Source: Thermoplasmata archaeon
GTDB taxonomy: Archaea; Thermoplasmatota; E2; DHVEG-1
Direction: 5' to 3'
Length of the DNA stretch: 64,000 nucleotides
Assembly: GCA_020054495.1 (NCBI GenBank)
Contig: JAHWGK010000006.1
Coordinates: forward strand, 4,829 to 68,828
How positions within the stretch are numbered: the first letter of the stretch is position 1; every line of letters starts with the position of its first letter. The notes under the pieces are model-generated. The model searched no databases and was not told the DNA's origin. It saw nothing but the letters and a program-made list of their open reading frames with translations. The position numbers were made by a program, and so were the translations under genes. Below, in pieces: positions 11,301 to 20,167 of this stretch.

Positions 11301-11828
11301 AAGCCCCAAAGATAAAATGGTATAACCACGGCAATAACCTATATTATCTTCACCGAATAAATCAGACGGATAATTATCCATAGATCTATATCTCTCATAA
11401 TTAAACGCACATATGGTTGGTGGCGTACTACCTATAGGCAAAGGGTTTTGATATGGAACAATTGGTTTTTCAATGAGATCTATTTCAAGTGGAAAGATTT
11501 CTAAAGACAAACCATTCACTTCAATATTTTTCACAGATTTTGCAGGTGGCAACAAAATTTTGATAAATTTAACTGGCATTGCAGGCTCACCTACATCTTT
11601 ACCAAGCATTACACAACCTGGTAAGCTAATTGAAGTATATTGATTATCATAAACAATCATTTCATTAAAGCTTGGGGAATCAAACGAAAACGAGTAGCTT
11701 ATCCGCTCATAATCATCTACTTGCGTTTGAGCATAAGGTCTAACCTCATTGTCCTCAGAGATGACAGTGTTGAAACTAATAATTATACTAGCTATTGCCA
11801 TATAGGCAAAAATGGCTTTTAGTCCCAT
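5307..11828 (-). CDS. giant surface protein (2173 aa): C25/gingipain-like N-terminal region, three NosD/PbH1-type parallel beta-helix modules, Ig/Fn3/PKD-like domains, TSP3-like repeats, C-terminal TM anchor
   Basis: Signal peptide MGLKAIFAYMAIASIIISF. C25-propeptide-like GEPAMPV. Candidate His/Cys dyad (GIAHANEY, DYGCHSGD). Three modules each end in a GNYW..Y.G.D..GDGIGD..YNISGG...D.YPLI motif. PKD TWNLGDGT. DSDGDGWSD and DDDNDGLVD repeats. C-terminal DDFPWSLVIIGIVIAIIVIILVLYL..WFEEN. Confidence 0.85.
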   Translation of the reverse strand: MGLKAIFAYMAIASIIISFNTVISEDNEVRPYAQTQVDDYERISYSFSFDSPSFNEMIVYDNQYTSISLPGCVMLGKDVGEPAMPVKFIKILLPPAKSVKNIEVNGLSLEIFPLEIDLIEKPIVPYQNPLPIGSTPPTICAFNYERYRSMDNYPSDLFGEDNIGYCRGYTILSLGLNPLQYVPGLGRLTFYPELNVNIDLEDNGFFNSFYRNNKEDEEWVTNLVNNPEIIDRYEITNFPILDYSGGLCSPIDDYDYVIITTTQNNLDHWETNSTTPNNWTSLMDKHLADDGLNCTLVTIQDINNCSDYWKGTALFNDTAAHIREFCKDAYQDWGASYIFIGGDDEWIPAREMKYVFESDVDSDIYWNHLDNSFNEDGDSYWGEEGDSGFDLYAEMYIGRITCDTPQDVSNWMNKSFYYADSVFTDYLDSAAFYGGDTGWSCQGDDFIDFSAIKGTSNWLGPDPNSDGPYPSWLGYQYGFETWNATNPGVEYNLSVKWTAEPPNVGWQGGSDSAAIAGLKNAINNDYVTLLSGIAHANEYYSLDVYYANWESDYHNTKPFFLHDYGCHSGDMDAADDGVLHSMLFHSDTELAFACVYNTCYGWGNLYSTNSSSSLQQKCFWDYFFDTTNNSGSTFNWQLGKAMAFSKDTMAPTINWDYSYGTWRAIIQGCLLFGDPAQRIKPPTLLDHNVGVQTLDIDATNPVKSNITIHVNATVYNSGNNDETNVLVSFRINGAEENSTTIGTFTNQTSQQVSFNWTPSAGSYNVSMNVSSPAVTEDSYTDNERNQTVNVGVFNIDTNELFDTIQESINDTDTLDDHNILVPAGIYPENVSINKNISLAGINKDTTFIDANGISGRTIQIQNRNSVNITQFTVRNGSFCLYVESSSNISITNCAIFNSSVTGICINASENITITDTNISNHSLGVSYTNISYNNILTDNEIFNNNIGIIVNIDCSNNSIYHNNFNNTLNAFDNGTNNPWDNGNLSEYRLRGGNWWENYSGVDLNVDGIGDTSYNISGQNNSKDRYPLINPWAGSLNGTIYVDDDNIAGPWLGTQNNPYQTIQNAIDEVFEGDDIFVYSGTYQEKINIDKTIDLTGADKNSTIIDSNESGTVVTISSDWVNLTGFTIMNAGDMAFSSVNWSIMGDSHNKNITTDYYSGIQVSSNNNKIYDNIVVNNYYGILWLEELNNNNISDNIIYHNFGGGIIIGYSQNNTVKDNIITNHSYYGVDFGYSSFSNIFENNISDCNDGGIRIWDSSDMNVTDNTINNNMFSGIDSPYSSNNNISNNNIIGSYIGIYFYDSSYNNIFNNNISDNSFYGVYQNSYSINNTIYHNNFINNTIHGYDSGTNNWNKSYPIGGNYWDNYTGLDLNGEGIGDSQYNISGGSNVDYYPLINPGPVQKIFVNDDFNSNTPGWGIYCFDSIKDGINNSSNSDTVFVFNGTYNEYNININKSISLIGEDINSTIIDGLNQDYILLVNNDSVEITRFTLQNSDMLLAAIYVSSNYSDIHHNFIKDCDDGIEIDTGGGTTYGYNNISYNKINNSWIGIWILETTHTNIFENNITNADLACIWIEDSQKTSIFNNTLISNNLSFADGVYIFGTSANTTVFGNSITDNLQGISIEDSTYNNIYKNTIKNNSKGVYESDGFNNTIYHNNFINNSQQAYDDSNNSWYNITLLNGNYWDDFDESGEGAWDNNSNGIVDSEYNISGGSNQDKYPLIYKFENYYILSINTVSSVDEGNNFIVTVKTQFNSLVQGAYVTFNSVTKQTNSNGQTTFTAPSVSSDTIFPIYTSKDSYTGDSTNITVKNIESDNGDPPPPAGGDTTAPTAPTNVGCTTPETDNTPSFSWDAATDLSGVAGYYVKIDDGSDIWIGNVTSWTSTSTIEDGTHTFYVKARDASSNENIGNYETCFFIINTIIVAGLPVANAGGPYFGLTFENIFFDGSGSYDTDGTITNYTWNLGDGTIFFGEQVTYTYVNPGLYNITLKVIDNAGLSNNNKTAVTIELDSDGDGWSDLEEVEFNTNKSDPNDSPIDNDGDRLPDEYDEDDDNDGLVDHLEETWGSDPYNNSDVIVVDIEGREYYLIDSDKDGIINKFCNPVGRITTVDVTDDGNYLIDMDGDAKWDYIYNPASGEITVYSEEASSDDFPWSLVIIGIVIAIIVIILVLYLTGYRIWFEEN

Positions 11829-11900
11829 CCTCTAGAGCACCTATAAACTAAAACAAAACTTTCATATTTAAAACATTAGGATTGCACGTCAACTTGAAAG

Positions 11901-14900
11901 CTATTTTCGAATACCTATCTCAGCATCTAACTCATCAATCTTCCATTTCTTTATAAGAGATCCTATAGGCTTATCGGCAAAGATGAGTTGTTTTGAACGG
12001 GTCTCTCCTTTAATGTAATCTTCCCATTGTTTCAGTGATGTTATTTGTTTGGAGTCAATGCAAATCTCAGTAGTAATTCTATCCTCAACTTCCAAATTAA
12101 GTTCCTTGCGCATAGATTGAATTCTTCTCACTATCTCTCTTGCAAAACCTTCTGCCAAAAGCTCAGGTGTAAGATGTGTTTCAAATAATAAAATTATATC
12201 TTCAGTTTCAGTTCGTGCAATATGTTTTTTTTCTATTTCAACAACTTGAAAATCATCTTTTGTAAGGATTATTTTTTCATCATCCATTTCAACTATAAAT
12301 TTTTTCTTTGTGTTTAACTCTTCAAATAGTTTCTCTTTGTCCATTTTTTCTATTTTACTTAGAACAACCTTCGCTTTTTCGTGCAAACGTCGGCCGATAC
12401 TTGAGTGATTTGGTTTTAATGATTTTGTCATAAACTTTGAAGTATCTCTTTCAAAAGAGATATGTTTAACATTGATTTCTTCGTTTAATAAATCCAGTAG
12501 ATCTTTAATTGAATCCTCAACTTTCTTATCACATACCACTATTGCACTACCAAGCGGATATCTCACCTTTACTCCAATTTTTGATCTAAGTGCCCTTCCA
12601 ACTTCTACTAATGCTCTAATTTTTTTCATTCCCTCTTCAAGTTTTTCATCAATCTGTCTTTCATCAGGTTTTACATAGTCACATAAATGAACACTTTCAG
12701 GCATCTCATCTGTTCTCAGATTTTGATAAACTTCCTCTGTAATAAACGGAATAAACGGAGCTAAAAGTTTTGAAAGCCCTAAAAAGATATCATACATTGT
12801 TGAGTAACCTGCAAGTTTATCACTGGTTTTTTCCTCAACCCAAAGGCGCTTTCTAGATCGACGTAGATACCAATTGCTAAAATCTTCAATTACAAAATTA
12901 TCGACTGCTCTTGCAGCCTTGTGAATTTCAAATCTTTTGATATATTTTTTGACGTTAGACGTAGTTTTATTAAATTTACTAAGTATCCATCTATCTAAAG
13001 GCTGTCTCTTTTCAGTGCGTATCATGTCTTTTTTAGGGTCAAACTTGTCTAAAACAGCATATGTTGTAAAGAAATTATATGAATTCCAAAATGTTAAAAT
13101 GAATTTACCAAGAGTTTCTTTAACAGCCTGCTCATAAAATTGTGTGGATGTCCAAGGGGCATTTGCGGAGAATAGATACCAACGCATTGCATCAGCTCCC
13201 TCATTATCAAGAATAATCTCAGGGTCAACATAGTTTCTCTTGCTCTTGCTCATTTTTTGATTATCTTTATCTAGGACAAGACCCAGTGTTAGAACGTTAT
13301 TGTATGATTGTTTGCCAAAAAGAAACGTTGATATTGCAAGAAGCGAATAAAACCAACCTCTTGTTTGATCAAGCGCTTCGCTAATAAAATCCACTGGAAA
13401 GTTATTTTTGAACTTTTCTTTGTTTTCAAATGGATAATGCCACTGTGCAAAAAATGCTGAACCTGAATCATACCAACAATCAATAACTTCTTCTTCGCGT
13501 TTCATAGAAGATTTACATTTAGGACATTTAACAATGAGTTCATCAACTAGTGGTTTATGCAGGTCATAATCATCAGGAAAAGATTCGCTTAATTCTCTAA
13601 GTTCTTCAACACTACCGATACATATCTCATAATTACATTTTTTATCATTACAAATCCAGATCGGAAGCGGAGTACCCCAGTATCTTTTCCTAGACAGGGC
13701 CCAGTCTTTTACATCACGAATAAAATCTCCGAAACGCCCCTGCTGCAGATACTCCGGATGCCACTTAATTTGATTATTGTTTTTTATCAATGAATCCTGA
13801 ACCTTCGTCATCGCAATGAACCAAGAGTCCATTGCATAGTACAAAAGTGGTGAATCACAACGCCAACAAAAAGGATAATCGTGTTTATATGAATGAGTTC
13901 CTTCTAGTTTTCCACATTTGTCAAGATATTCGATAATACTTGGATCTGCATCTTTTACAAATTGTCCTTTCCAAAGCGTGACTTCATCTAAGAATGCTCC
14001 ATCAAGGTTAACCAACTGAACAACTGGGAGGTTATACTTTTTACCAATATTGTAATCATCTTCACCAAATGCTGGGGCTATATGAACAATCCCAGTTCCA
14101 TCCTCCATCGTAACAAAATCAGCAAGAACAACGTACCATGCTTTTTTATCTGGTTTAGCATAGTCAAATAATGGTTCGTATTCAATTCCATCTAGTTTTT
14201 TCCCTGGAAAACTATCTAGTATTTCATACTCCTGACCTTTGAGTAAAGAAGCTACGCGTTCTTCAGCAAAAATAAGTATCTGTCCATTATAACGGATTTT
14301 AATGTATACTTCATCGGGATGAACCGCAAGTGCAACATTTGAAATAAGAGTCCATGGAGTCGTAGTCCATGCCAAAAAATAAGCTCCTTCATTTTTCAGT
14401 TTGAATTTAACAAAAATTGAGGGCTCCTCAACGGCTTTATAGCCTTGGGCTAACTCATGAGCTGAAAGTGCAGTACCACAACGTGGACAATATGGGACAA
14501 CTTTATATCCTTTATACAAGAGTTTTTTTTCCCAAGCCTGCTTGAGAGACCACCAAACTGATTCAATGTACTCATTTTTAAAAGTAATATATGGGTCGTT
14601 CATATCAAGCCAAAAACCAATACGTTTTGTATTTTCAACCCATGCATTTTCATATATTAAAACATTTTTTTTACACTCTTCGTTGAATTTTTTTATACCG
14701 TATTTTTCAACAGCCTGTTTATCCTCAAGACCTAATTTTTTCTCAACCTCAATTTCTACAGGTAACCCATGTGTATCCCAACCAGCTTTTCTTAGAATGT
14801 AATGACCATTCATAGTTTGATATCTAAGCATCAAGTCCTTTATAACTCTGGTAAGAACATGGCCTGGATGAGGCAATCCATTTGCAGTTGGAGGTCCTTC

Positions 14901-15032
14901 TAAAAAAACATAAGGTTTACACCCTTCTCTTTGGTCTATTGATTTTTTGAATATATTATTCTCTACCCATAATTTAAGAATTTTTTCCTCAACCTGTTTA
15001 GGGTTGTATTTTTGAGGGGGTGATTTAATCAT
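11901..15032 (-). CDS. ileS: isoleucyl-tRNA synthetase
   Basis: 1043 aa with class I HIGH (PHPGHV) and KMSKS motifs, a long CP1 editing insertion, and Cys pairs CPRC and CWRC. Confidence 0.97.
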   Translation of the reverse strand: MIKSPPQKYNPKQVEEKILKLWVENNIFKKSIDQREGCKPYVFLEGPPTANGLPHPGHVLTRVIKDLMLRYQTMNGHYILRKAGWDTHGLPVEIEVEKKLGLEDKQAVEKYGIKKFNEECKKNVLIYENAWVENTKRIGFWLDMNDPYITFKNEYIESVWWSLKQAWEKKLLYKGYKVVPYCPRCGTALSAHELAQGYKAVEEPSIFVKFKLKNEGAYFLAWTTTPWTLISNVALAVHPDEVYIKIRYNGQILIFAEERVASLLKGQEYEILDSFPGKKLDGIEYEPLFDYAKPDKKAWYVVLADFVTMEDGTGIVHIAPAFGEDDYNIGKKYNLPVVQLVNLDGAFLDEVTLWKGQFVKDADPSIIEYLDKCGKLEGTHSYKHDYPFCWRCDSPLLYYAMDSWFIAMTKVQDSLIKNNNQIKWHPEYLQQGRFGDFIRDVKDWALSRKRYWGTPLPIWICNDKKCNYEICIGSVEELRELSESFPDDYDLHKPLVDELIVKCPKCKSSMKREEEVIDCWYDSGSAFFAQWHYPFENKEKFKNNFPVDFISEALDQTRGWFYSLLAISTFLFGKQSYNNVLTLGLVLDKDNQKMSKSKRNYVDPEIILDNEGADAMRWYLFSANAPWTSTQFYEQAVKETLGKFILTFWNSYNFFTTYAVLDKFDPKKDMIRTEKRQPLDRWILSKFNKTTSNVKKYIKRFEIHKAARAVDNFVIEDFSNWYLRRSRKRLWVEEKTSDKLAGYSTMYDIFLGLSKLLAPFIPFITEEVYQNLRTDEMPESVHLCDYVKPDERQIDEKLEEGMKKIRALVEVGRALRSKIGVKVRYPLGSAIVVCDKKVEDSIKDLLDLLNEEINVKHISFERDTSKFMTKSLKPNHSSIGRRLHEKAKVVLSKIEKMDKEKLFEELNTKKKFIVEMDDEKIILTKDDFQVVEIEKKHIARTETEDIILLFETHLTPELLAEGFAREIVRRIQSMRKELNLEVEDRITTEICIDSKQITSLKQWEDYIKGETRSKQLIFADKPIGSLIKKWKIDELDAEIGIRK

Positions 15033-15123
15033 CGTTTTTCCGCCAAATCTTCAAATGATATGTATTATGTAACAGCACCTTAATGACAAAAGGCTGATAA
15101 AACCGTTTCCATCACATTCAAAT

Positions 15124-16434
15124 CTAATAATTTTTAATATTATCTGCTTTCATAAACTCCCTAAGAAAAGATGTAGCATAGCATCCTTTTTGAAGTTGAA
15201 ATTTTAAAATTAATGCTTTTTTATCCTTGCTTAATTCATCATCAATTAGTTTAAAATCAAGGTCTCTAACAAAAGCAAGTATCGGATGTCTTGAACCTGA
15301 GGAAGAAATGTATGGAATATCAGGGATGATAAAATCTCTTGCATCAATTCTCTCACGGTCAATGATCCTATGCTCAATTTCACCCATCTCGCCACCAGAA
15401 AAAACTGAATCTCTGCCAAATAAAACACCACTTACAACTGCCTTACCCTTAGAAACTTGCTTATTTACTTTTTCAATATTATATTCTTTAACCATAACGC
15501 CATTTTTGTCAATAAATCCGTCTCTAATTGGAAGAATGATATCGCCAACAATAGCCTTATTCAAAGGAAGTTTTTTTCTAATACGTTCACTTAAAATTCT
15601 ATTAAAAAGATAAGATTGATAAGAATAAACAAACATGGTTAAAAGATTCTTTGGCAACTCTTTTAACGCACCAATAAAATCCTTTGGATCAATTACCAAT
15701 TTATTAAGAATAGCTTTCTCAAAAGTCAATTTATTAGGATAGGTCTTCAAAGCCTCTGAAAAATCACAGGTTTCTTCAAGCTGTTTACGCAATAGATAGC
15801 TTTCTTCATCTTCTTCATCCATAGGATTTGCAACATAATTCATAACAGCTTTTTCAAAATCACTTTTAATAATACATTTTCCAACAACATGAGTTATCGG
15901 TCTAACAATACCAAAGCGTTGAACTCCATAAAAATTAGGAAAACCACCATATTTCTCTATAACAGAAACAACATCTTTAATATAATCTGATTTAATCTTC
16001 TTATCAAGATTTCGAATAGTTATTTGAAATCTATTGCCTAAAAGATTACCAATTTTAACAGGGCGATCAGAGGTATATATATTTTCTATTTTAGTCTCTT
16101 TGATTTTTACATTGGATAACCTATCTATAGGGACATTATAAAAAGACATTAGCCGGGTAGTTTTTGCACGCTTATCTTTAGTACCTGCAAAACCAACACG
16201 CTGCCTTGAAATATGTAACCTGTTAGACAATTCTCTTACAAGAAGATTTGCCTCCCAATTTACCGCAGTGACATCAGCAATTGTAAACCTACCGTTTTCT
16301 GTTTTTGAAGGATAATTGGAAACCTCCCTTACAATAAAATCTTCAGGATGTGTACGTAATTTTCCACCTATGCCTTCATAAGGCGTAAAAAAAGTTTTTA
16401 TACCTATGGTTTTTTCAGTGTTTAAAACTTTCAT
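15124..16434 (-). CDS. truD: tRNA pseudouridine synthase TruD/Pus7 family
   Basis: 436 aa with the TruD signature FAGTKDKRA (catalytic Asp). Confidence 0.9.
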   Translation of the reverse strand: MKVLNTEKTIGIKTFFTPYEGIGGKLRTHPEDFIVREVSNYPSKTENGRFTIADVTAVNWEANLLVRELSNRLHISRQRVGFAGTKDKRAKTTRLMSFYNVPIDRLSNVKIKETKIENIYTSDRPVKIGNLLGNRFQITIRNLDKKIKSDYIKDVVSVIEKYGGFPNFYGVQRFGIVRPITHVVGKCIIKSDFEKAVMNYVANPMDEEDEESYLLRKQLEETCDFSEALKTYPNKLTFEKAILNKLVIDPKDFIGALKELPKNLLTMFVYSYQSYLFNRILSERIRKKLPLNKAIVGDIILPIRDGFIDKNGVMVKEYNIEKVNKQVSKGKAVVSGVLFGRDSVFSGGEMGEIEHRIIDRERIDARDFIIPDIPYISSSGSRHPILAFVRDLDFKLIDDELSKDKKALILKFQLQKGCYATSFLREFMKADNIKNY

Positions 16435-16719
16435 CTATTTTTTACTCTTGCTTTTTCCTTCAAAATTTTTACTGAAAGTTTTTATTTCATCCTCTAACTG
16501 TTTAACAGCTTTTTTTAGCATGTCCTCAGGTTTACCTTTCTTAACTCTAATGTACAAGCGTCGTTTATTTGACTCAGGATGACCTGAAAGATATGATGCA
16601 TATTCTACATCGTCATACTCTAACAATACTTCTGTAATAGGATTAAGTAAAGTCTCATTTTCTCCAGTGATTTCAAGATCAAGTTCTTTTGGTGTTTTTT
16701 TAATTGTTTTTAACTCCAT
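16435..16719 (-). CDS. rpoL: DNA-directed RNA polymerase subunit L (Rpo11)
   Basis: 94 aa of Rpo11/RpoL type (ITGENETLLNPI.., SGHPES). Its stop abuts the truD start (TAGATG). Confidence 0.8.
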   Translation of the reverse strand: MELKTIKKTPKELDLEITGENETLLNPITEVLLEYDDVEYASYLSGHPESNKRRLYIRVKKGKPEDMLKKAVKQLEDEIKTFSKNFEGKSKSKK

Positions 16720-16755
16720 AAATTATCACTCCGTTTCCAAATAAAATAATAAATC

Positions 16756-17328
16756 TTAAAGTTTATCTATATCAAAATTTCCATAGTCATCTGTAGTTTT
16801 TCTTTTTTCCGTATTTCTACAATTTTCACATTCTAGTAAATTGCCTTTTTTTATAAGCGGGTGTCTACACTTTGTACACATCGCTTTGATAACCCCAAGA
16901 TCTCTATCCTTTGTTGCAAGTTGAATACTAGGTTTTACTTGAGTAACTTTTGCTCTAATAACATCTCTAGGCGCATATTCTGTGGAGGGGTCCTTCACAT
17001 ATCCATTTGAAATCTCTGAAACGCGTAATGTTCCATTTGTATCTCCAGATATTGATCTACTTTTTCCAATAACATGAATCACATCAGCTATTATCATGTT
17101 TGATCTTACAGAACCAGCTATTGCAAGGACTATATCGCCTTTTTTTAATTCAACGGGAATACTTGTCAAGGGCCTAATTATAGCTCTTCTGTGTTTTTCA
17201 TCTACAACACATGTTCCAATTCTTGAAGCTCTAATTATTCCATCTTCTTCAAATGTTCCATCACCTGATGAAAGCTCCTCAGAAGTAGATACTTGATCCC
17301 CAGGTATTACTATTTTGTTCTTATCCAT
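16756..17328 (-). CDS. csl4: exosome complex RNA-binding subunit Csl4
   Basis: 190 aa with an S1-like central domain plus a C-terminal zinc ribbon (CTKCRHPL..CENC). Sits next to rpoL, as in many archaea. Confidence 0.8.
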   Translation of the reverse strand: MDKNKIVIPGDQVSTSEELSSGDGTFEEDGIIRASRIGTCVVDEKHRRAIIRPLTSIPVELKKGDIVLAIAGSVRSNMIIADVIHVIGKSRSISGDTNGTLRVSEISNGYVKDPSTEYAPRDVIRAKVTQVKPSIQLATKDRDLGVIKAMCTKCRHPLIKKGNLLECENCRNTEKRKTTDDYGNFDIDKL

Positions 17329-17489
17329 TGTTTCACCAAAATTTTTCTAGTTCTAGTAAGTTAAGGCAATCTTATTACCGTTTTAAAGGTTATGGTATAC
17401 TATAAATCAGGAAAATTTGATGTAAAAAGAGTTATAAATACCCTATCTATTTCGATTTTCTTACCAATAGAAACACTGGGTGGAAAAAA

Positions 17490-17996
17490 ATGTCACGAAA
17501 ACCAGGTAGTATGTACAGATATGTCAGAGGAAAGCCCTCTACCCGCAAAGAATACATGGGGGGTGTACCAGCATCGCGTATTACACAGTTTGTCCTTGGA
17601 AATAGAACAGCTGAATTCCCTGTACAACTTTCATTAACTGCAATTGAAAAATGTATGGTAAGACATAACGCATTAGAATCTGCTCGTATAACTGTGAACC
17701 GTACCATGGAGAAACAAGTAGGAATACCCAATTATAGAGTTCGTATTAGGGTTTATCCTCACGTCGTTCTCCGAGAAAACAAACAGGCAACAGGAGCAGG
17801 TGCCGATAGGGTTTCGCAAGGAATGAGATCTGCTTTCGGAAAAATAGTTAGCACAGCAGCTGAGATAAAGCCTAATCAAATTATAATTACAGTTGAAACA
17901 ACTGAACCTTTTGTTAAACAAGCAAAAGCTGCACTTAGAAAAGCAGGTATGAAAATACCTTCCCCATGCAAAGTTAATGTAAATGTGAGTGCTTAA
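17490..17996 (+). CDS. rpl10e: 50S ribosomal protein L10e (uL16)
   Basis: 168 aa starting MSRKPGSMYRYVRGKPSTRKEYMGGVP, typical of L10e/uL16. GGGTGG lies upstream of the ATG. Confidence 0.95.
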   Translation: MSRKPGSMYRYVRGKPSTRKEYMGGVPASRITQFVLGNRTAEFPVQLSLTAIEKCMVRHNALESARITVNRTMEKQVGIPNYRVRIRVYPHVVLRENKQATGAGADRVSQGMRSAFGKIVSTAAEIKPNQIIITVETTEPFVKQAKAALRKAGMKIPSPCKVNVNVSA

Positions 17997-18023
17997 CTGA
18001 AATATCTCTCATAAATACAATTT

Positions 18024-19409
18024 TTATACGTATTTTATAAAGAAGGGAAATATAACAAGAAACAAAATTGTAAGAGAAATTACTAAAGAAACGTTTTTTA
18101 CAATTTTATTTAATCGCTCATCAGACATATCTTTTCTAACTCGTTTTACAGAGGATCTTAATGCATCATTAAATAGAAATCCTCCATCAAGCGGAATCAT
18201 AGGTAGAACATTAAATAGCCCAACTAGAAGGTTAAGCCAGAAAATCCAGTACAATGCATTTACTATTACCCAAAAAACATTTGTTGGAAGGACATCTAGA
18301 GGACCTGTTATTTCGTAATTCTCCTTAAAAGGCGAAGCAATTGGATTATATCCATTAATAGCACCTAAGATTGGTAATGAAAATGAATTTAAGAAGCCAG
18401 CTGGGAAATCATATAAAAAGGGATTTTGAAGGGATAGAGTAAAAGCTTCTTGAGGTGAAAAACTTATACCTAAAAAACTTTCATTCTTGTAAGACTCGTT
18501 GATTTCTGAGTCGATATAACGACTGTAAAAATCGTATTCACTCATTAATTCAACATTTTTTTTAATAGTTTCTCCTTTAATAACATATGTTATATTCACT
18601 GTTTGTTTAGGTTCTGTTTTTTCTATGGCATCACTGAATCCAGCAATATTTTTAATATCTTCATCATTGAAACTAATAATTCTTGCTCCGTTAGGAATAT
18701 TAATTTCTTCTGCTGGTGTATCCTCAAATGGTGATAAAACTTCAGCTCCATCAAGTGGTTGGACTGAAGACAAAAAAACGAATGAAAAGAGTAGTAAAAC
18801 AACAAAGGCAACAACAAAATTTGATAGAGGCCCCGCGGCAAAAACACGCATACGTTTTGCTGTCTCTGTCTTTTTTAGTTCTTCTTCATCAGGTTCACAA
18901 AATGCACCTATTGGTACAATAAGATAAAGAATACCAAGTGATTTAACTTTTAATTTACCTGCAAACACAAGAATGCCATGAGAAAACTCATGAACAACAA
19001 TTGCAACCGCTAATGCTAGAATTACATACCCTATATACTCTAGAGGAAGTATTGGATTAATACCTGGAAGAATTAAGGCAAACTCAGGACCTGGCAGATT
19101 AGCCTTTTCTGCAGGGGTAAGATCCAATCCAATAAGCATCCAGGCCTGCCAGACAAAAATCACAACCATAAATATCATGACTATGAAGCAAAATACCACA
19201 CCAAAGCTCCCATAAGCTTTCCAAAATCTTTGTTTACTTGCAATTTTGTTAAGAAAATTTCTACCTTTTTTAGTACGAAGTAGTAATGCAGGGCCATAAA
19301 GAGATATGTTATACTTCTCAAGAATACCCTTCTTATGCAAAAATGCAACTATAAGAAAGTAGGATAAAAGTATTGTAAAAAAAATCAATAGGCCATCTAT
19401 AATCGACAT
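18024..19409 (-). CDS. site-2 protease family (M50) membrane metalloprotease with PDZ-like insert
   Basis: 461-aa polytopic protein with the HEFSHG zinc motif, FNVLPMIPLDGG (NxxPxxxLDG type) and a soluble insert between TM blocks. Confidence 0.88.
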   Translation of the reverse strand: MSIIDGLLIFFTILLSYFLIVAFLHKKGILEKYNISLYGPALLLRTKKGRNFLNKIASKQRFWKAYGSFGVVFCFIVMIFMVVIFVWQAWMLIGLDLTPAEKANLPGPEFALILPGINPILPLEYIGYVILALAVAIVVHEFSHGILVFAGKLKVKSLGILYLIVPIGAFCEPDEEELKKTETAKRMRVFAAGPLSNFVVAFVVLLLFSFVFLSSVQPLDGAEVLSPFEDTPAEEINIPNGARIISFNDEDIKNIAGFSDAIEKTEPKQTVNITYVIKGETIKKNVELMSEYDFYSRYIDSEINESYKNESFLGISFSPQEAFTLSLQNPFLYDFPAGFLNSFSLPILGAINGYNPIASPFKENYEITGPLDVLPTNVFWVIVNALYWIFWLNLLVGLFNVLPMIPLDGGFLFNDALRSSVKRVRKDMSDERLNKIVKNVSLVISLTILFLVIFPFFIKYV

Positions 19410-19465
19410 GATTCAGTGCCTGGAATGTATATTTGTTTATTAAAGTAACTAACGGAAATTCAAAA

Positions 19466-20167
19466 TCATAGATAATCTATATTTTGTTTATGTTTCTTTA
19501 ATAATTCAATTAGATATTTACACCATTTTAATTTCTTCAATTTTAATTTTTTATCATTGTTTGCTGAAAAGGAATATCTTCCAATTTCACCATCGAAGTC
19601 AAAGCCAATTAAATATGTCTTTTTTGCATTGAAATGTTCTGCAAGAAAGGCCGCCCTATCGCCATCTGTGAAACCACCAAAATTATGAATATTCTCATAA
19701 GGTTTAGGATTAGTTTGTGTAGTTCCAACTATGTTTCCTTTGAATTCTAAAACGAATTTTTTAACTTTGTCAATATTGTCCCCATGAGCATGTATTATTG
19801 TTATACTTCCTTTTGAATTTGCTTCTAATTGATCTGTTATTTTACCATCAAGATCGGTAACAATAATCTCGGGAAAAACATTGTTTTCCATGAGAGCACT
19901 TGTTGCACCATCTGCTGCAATCTTTAACTTACCAACAAGATCTTTTTTGTGTGTGATAAGTGAGGATTCTAAAGAGGGGCCTGCTCCAAAAATAACAACT
20001 TCTTTTCCAGTGATAATATCTTCTAATTCTTTTATAGAAAATGGTTTCCTCTTTTTTAACAACTGGTTTAAAACATCTGCTGATTTTTTATCATTTTCTA
20101 CTTGAAAATTAAAATCTTCTAATATTTTTCTATAAATTGGTTCCCAATCTTTATAAAACATATACAC
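19466..20167 (-). CDS. mptE: MptE-like 6-hydroxymethyl-7,8-dihydropterin pyrophosphokinase (DUF115 family)
   Basis: 233 aa with VVIFGAGPSLE, AADGATSAL and IVTDLDG motifs that match my recollection of the DUF115/MptE family. Confidence 0.6.
   Translation of the reverse strand: MYMFYKDWEPIYRKILEDFNFQVENDKKSADVLNQLLKKRKPFSIKELEDIITGKEVVIFGAGPSLESSLITHKKDLVGKLKIAADGATSALMENNVFPEIIVTDLDGKITDQLEANSKGSITIIHAHGDNIDKVKKFVLEFKGNIVGTTQTNPKPYENIHNFGGFTDGDRAAFLAEHFNAKKTYLIGFDFDGEIGRYSFSANNDKKLKLKKLKWCKYLIELLKKHKQNIDYL

Noticed and set aside
17392-17921. ORFs 17392..17637, 17447..17731 and 17673..17921 overlapping rpl10e
   Set aside because: rpl10e (17490..17996) is unambiguous. The overlapping frames have no recognisable features.
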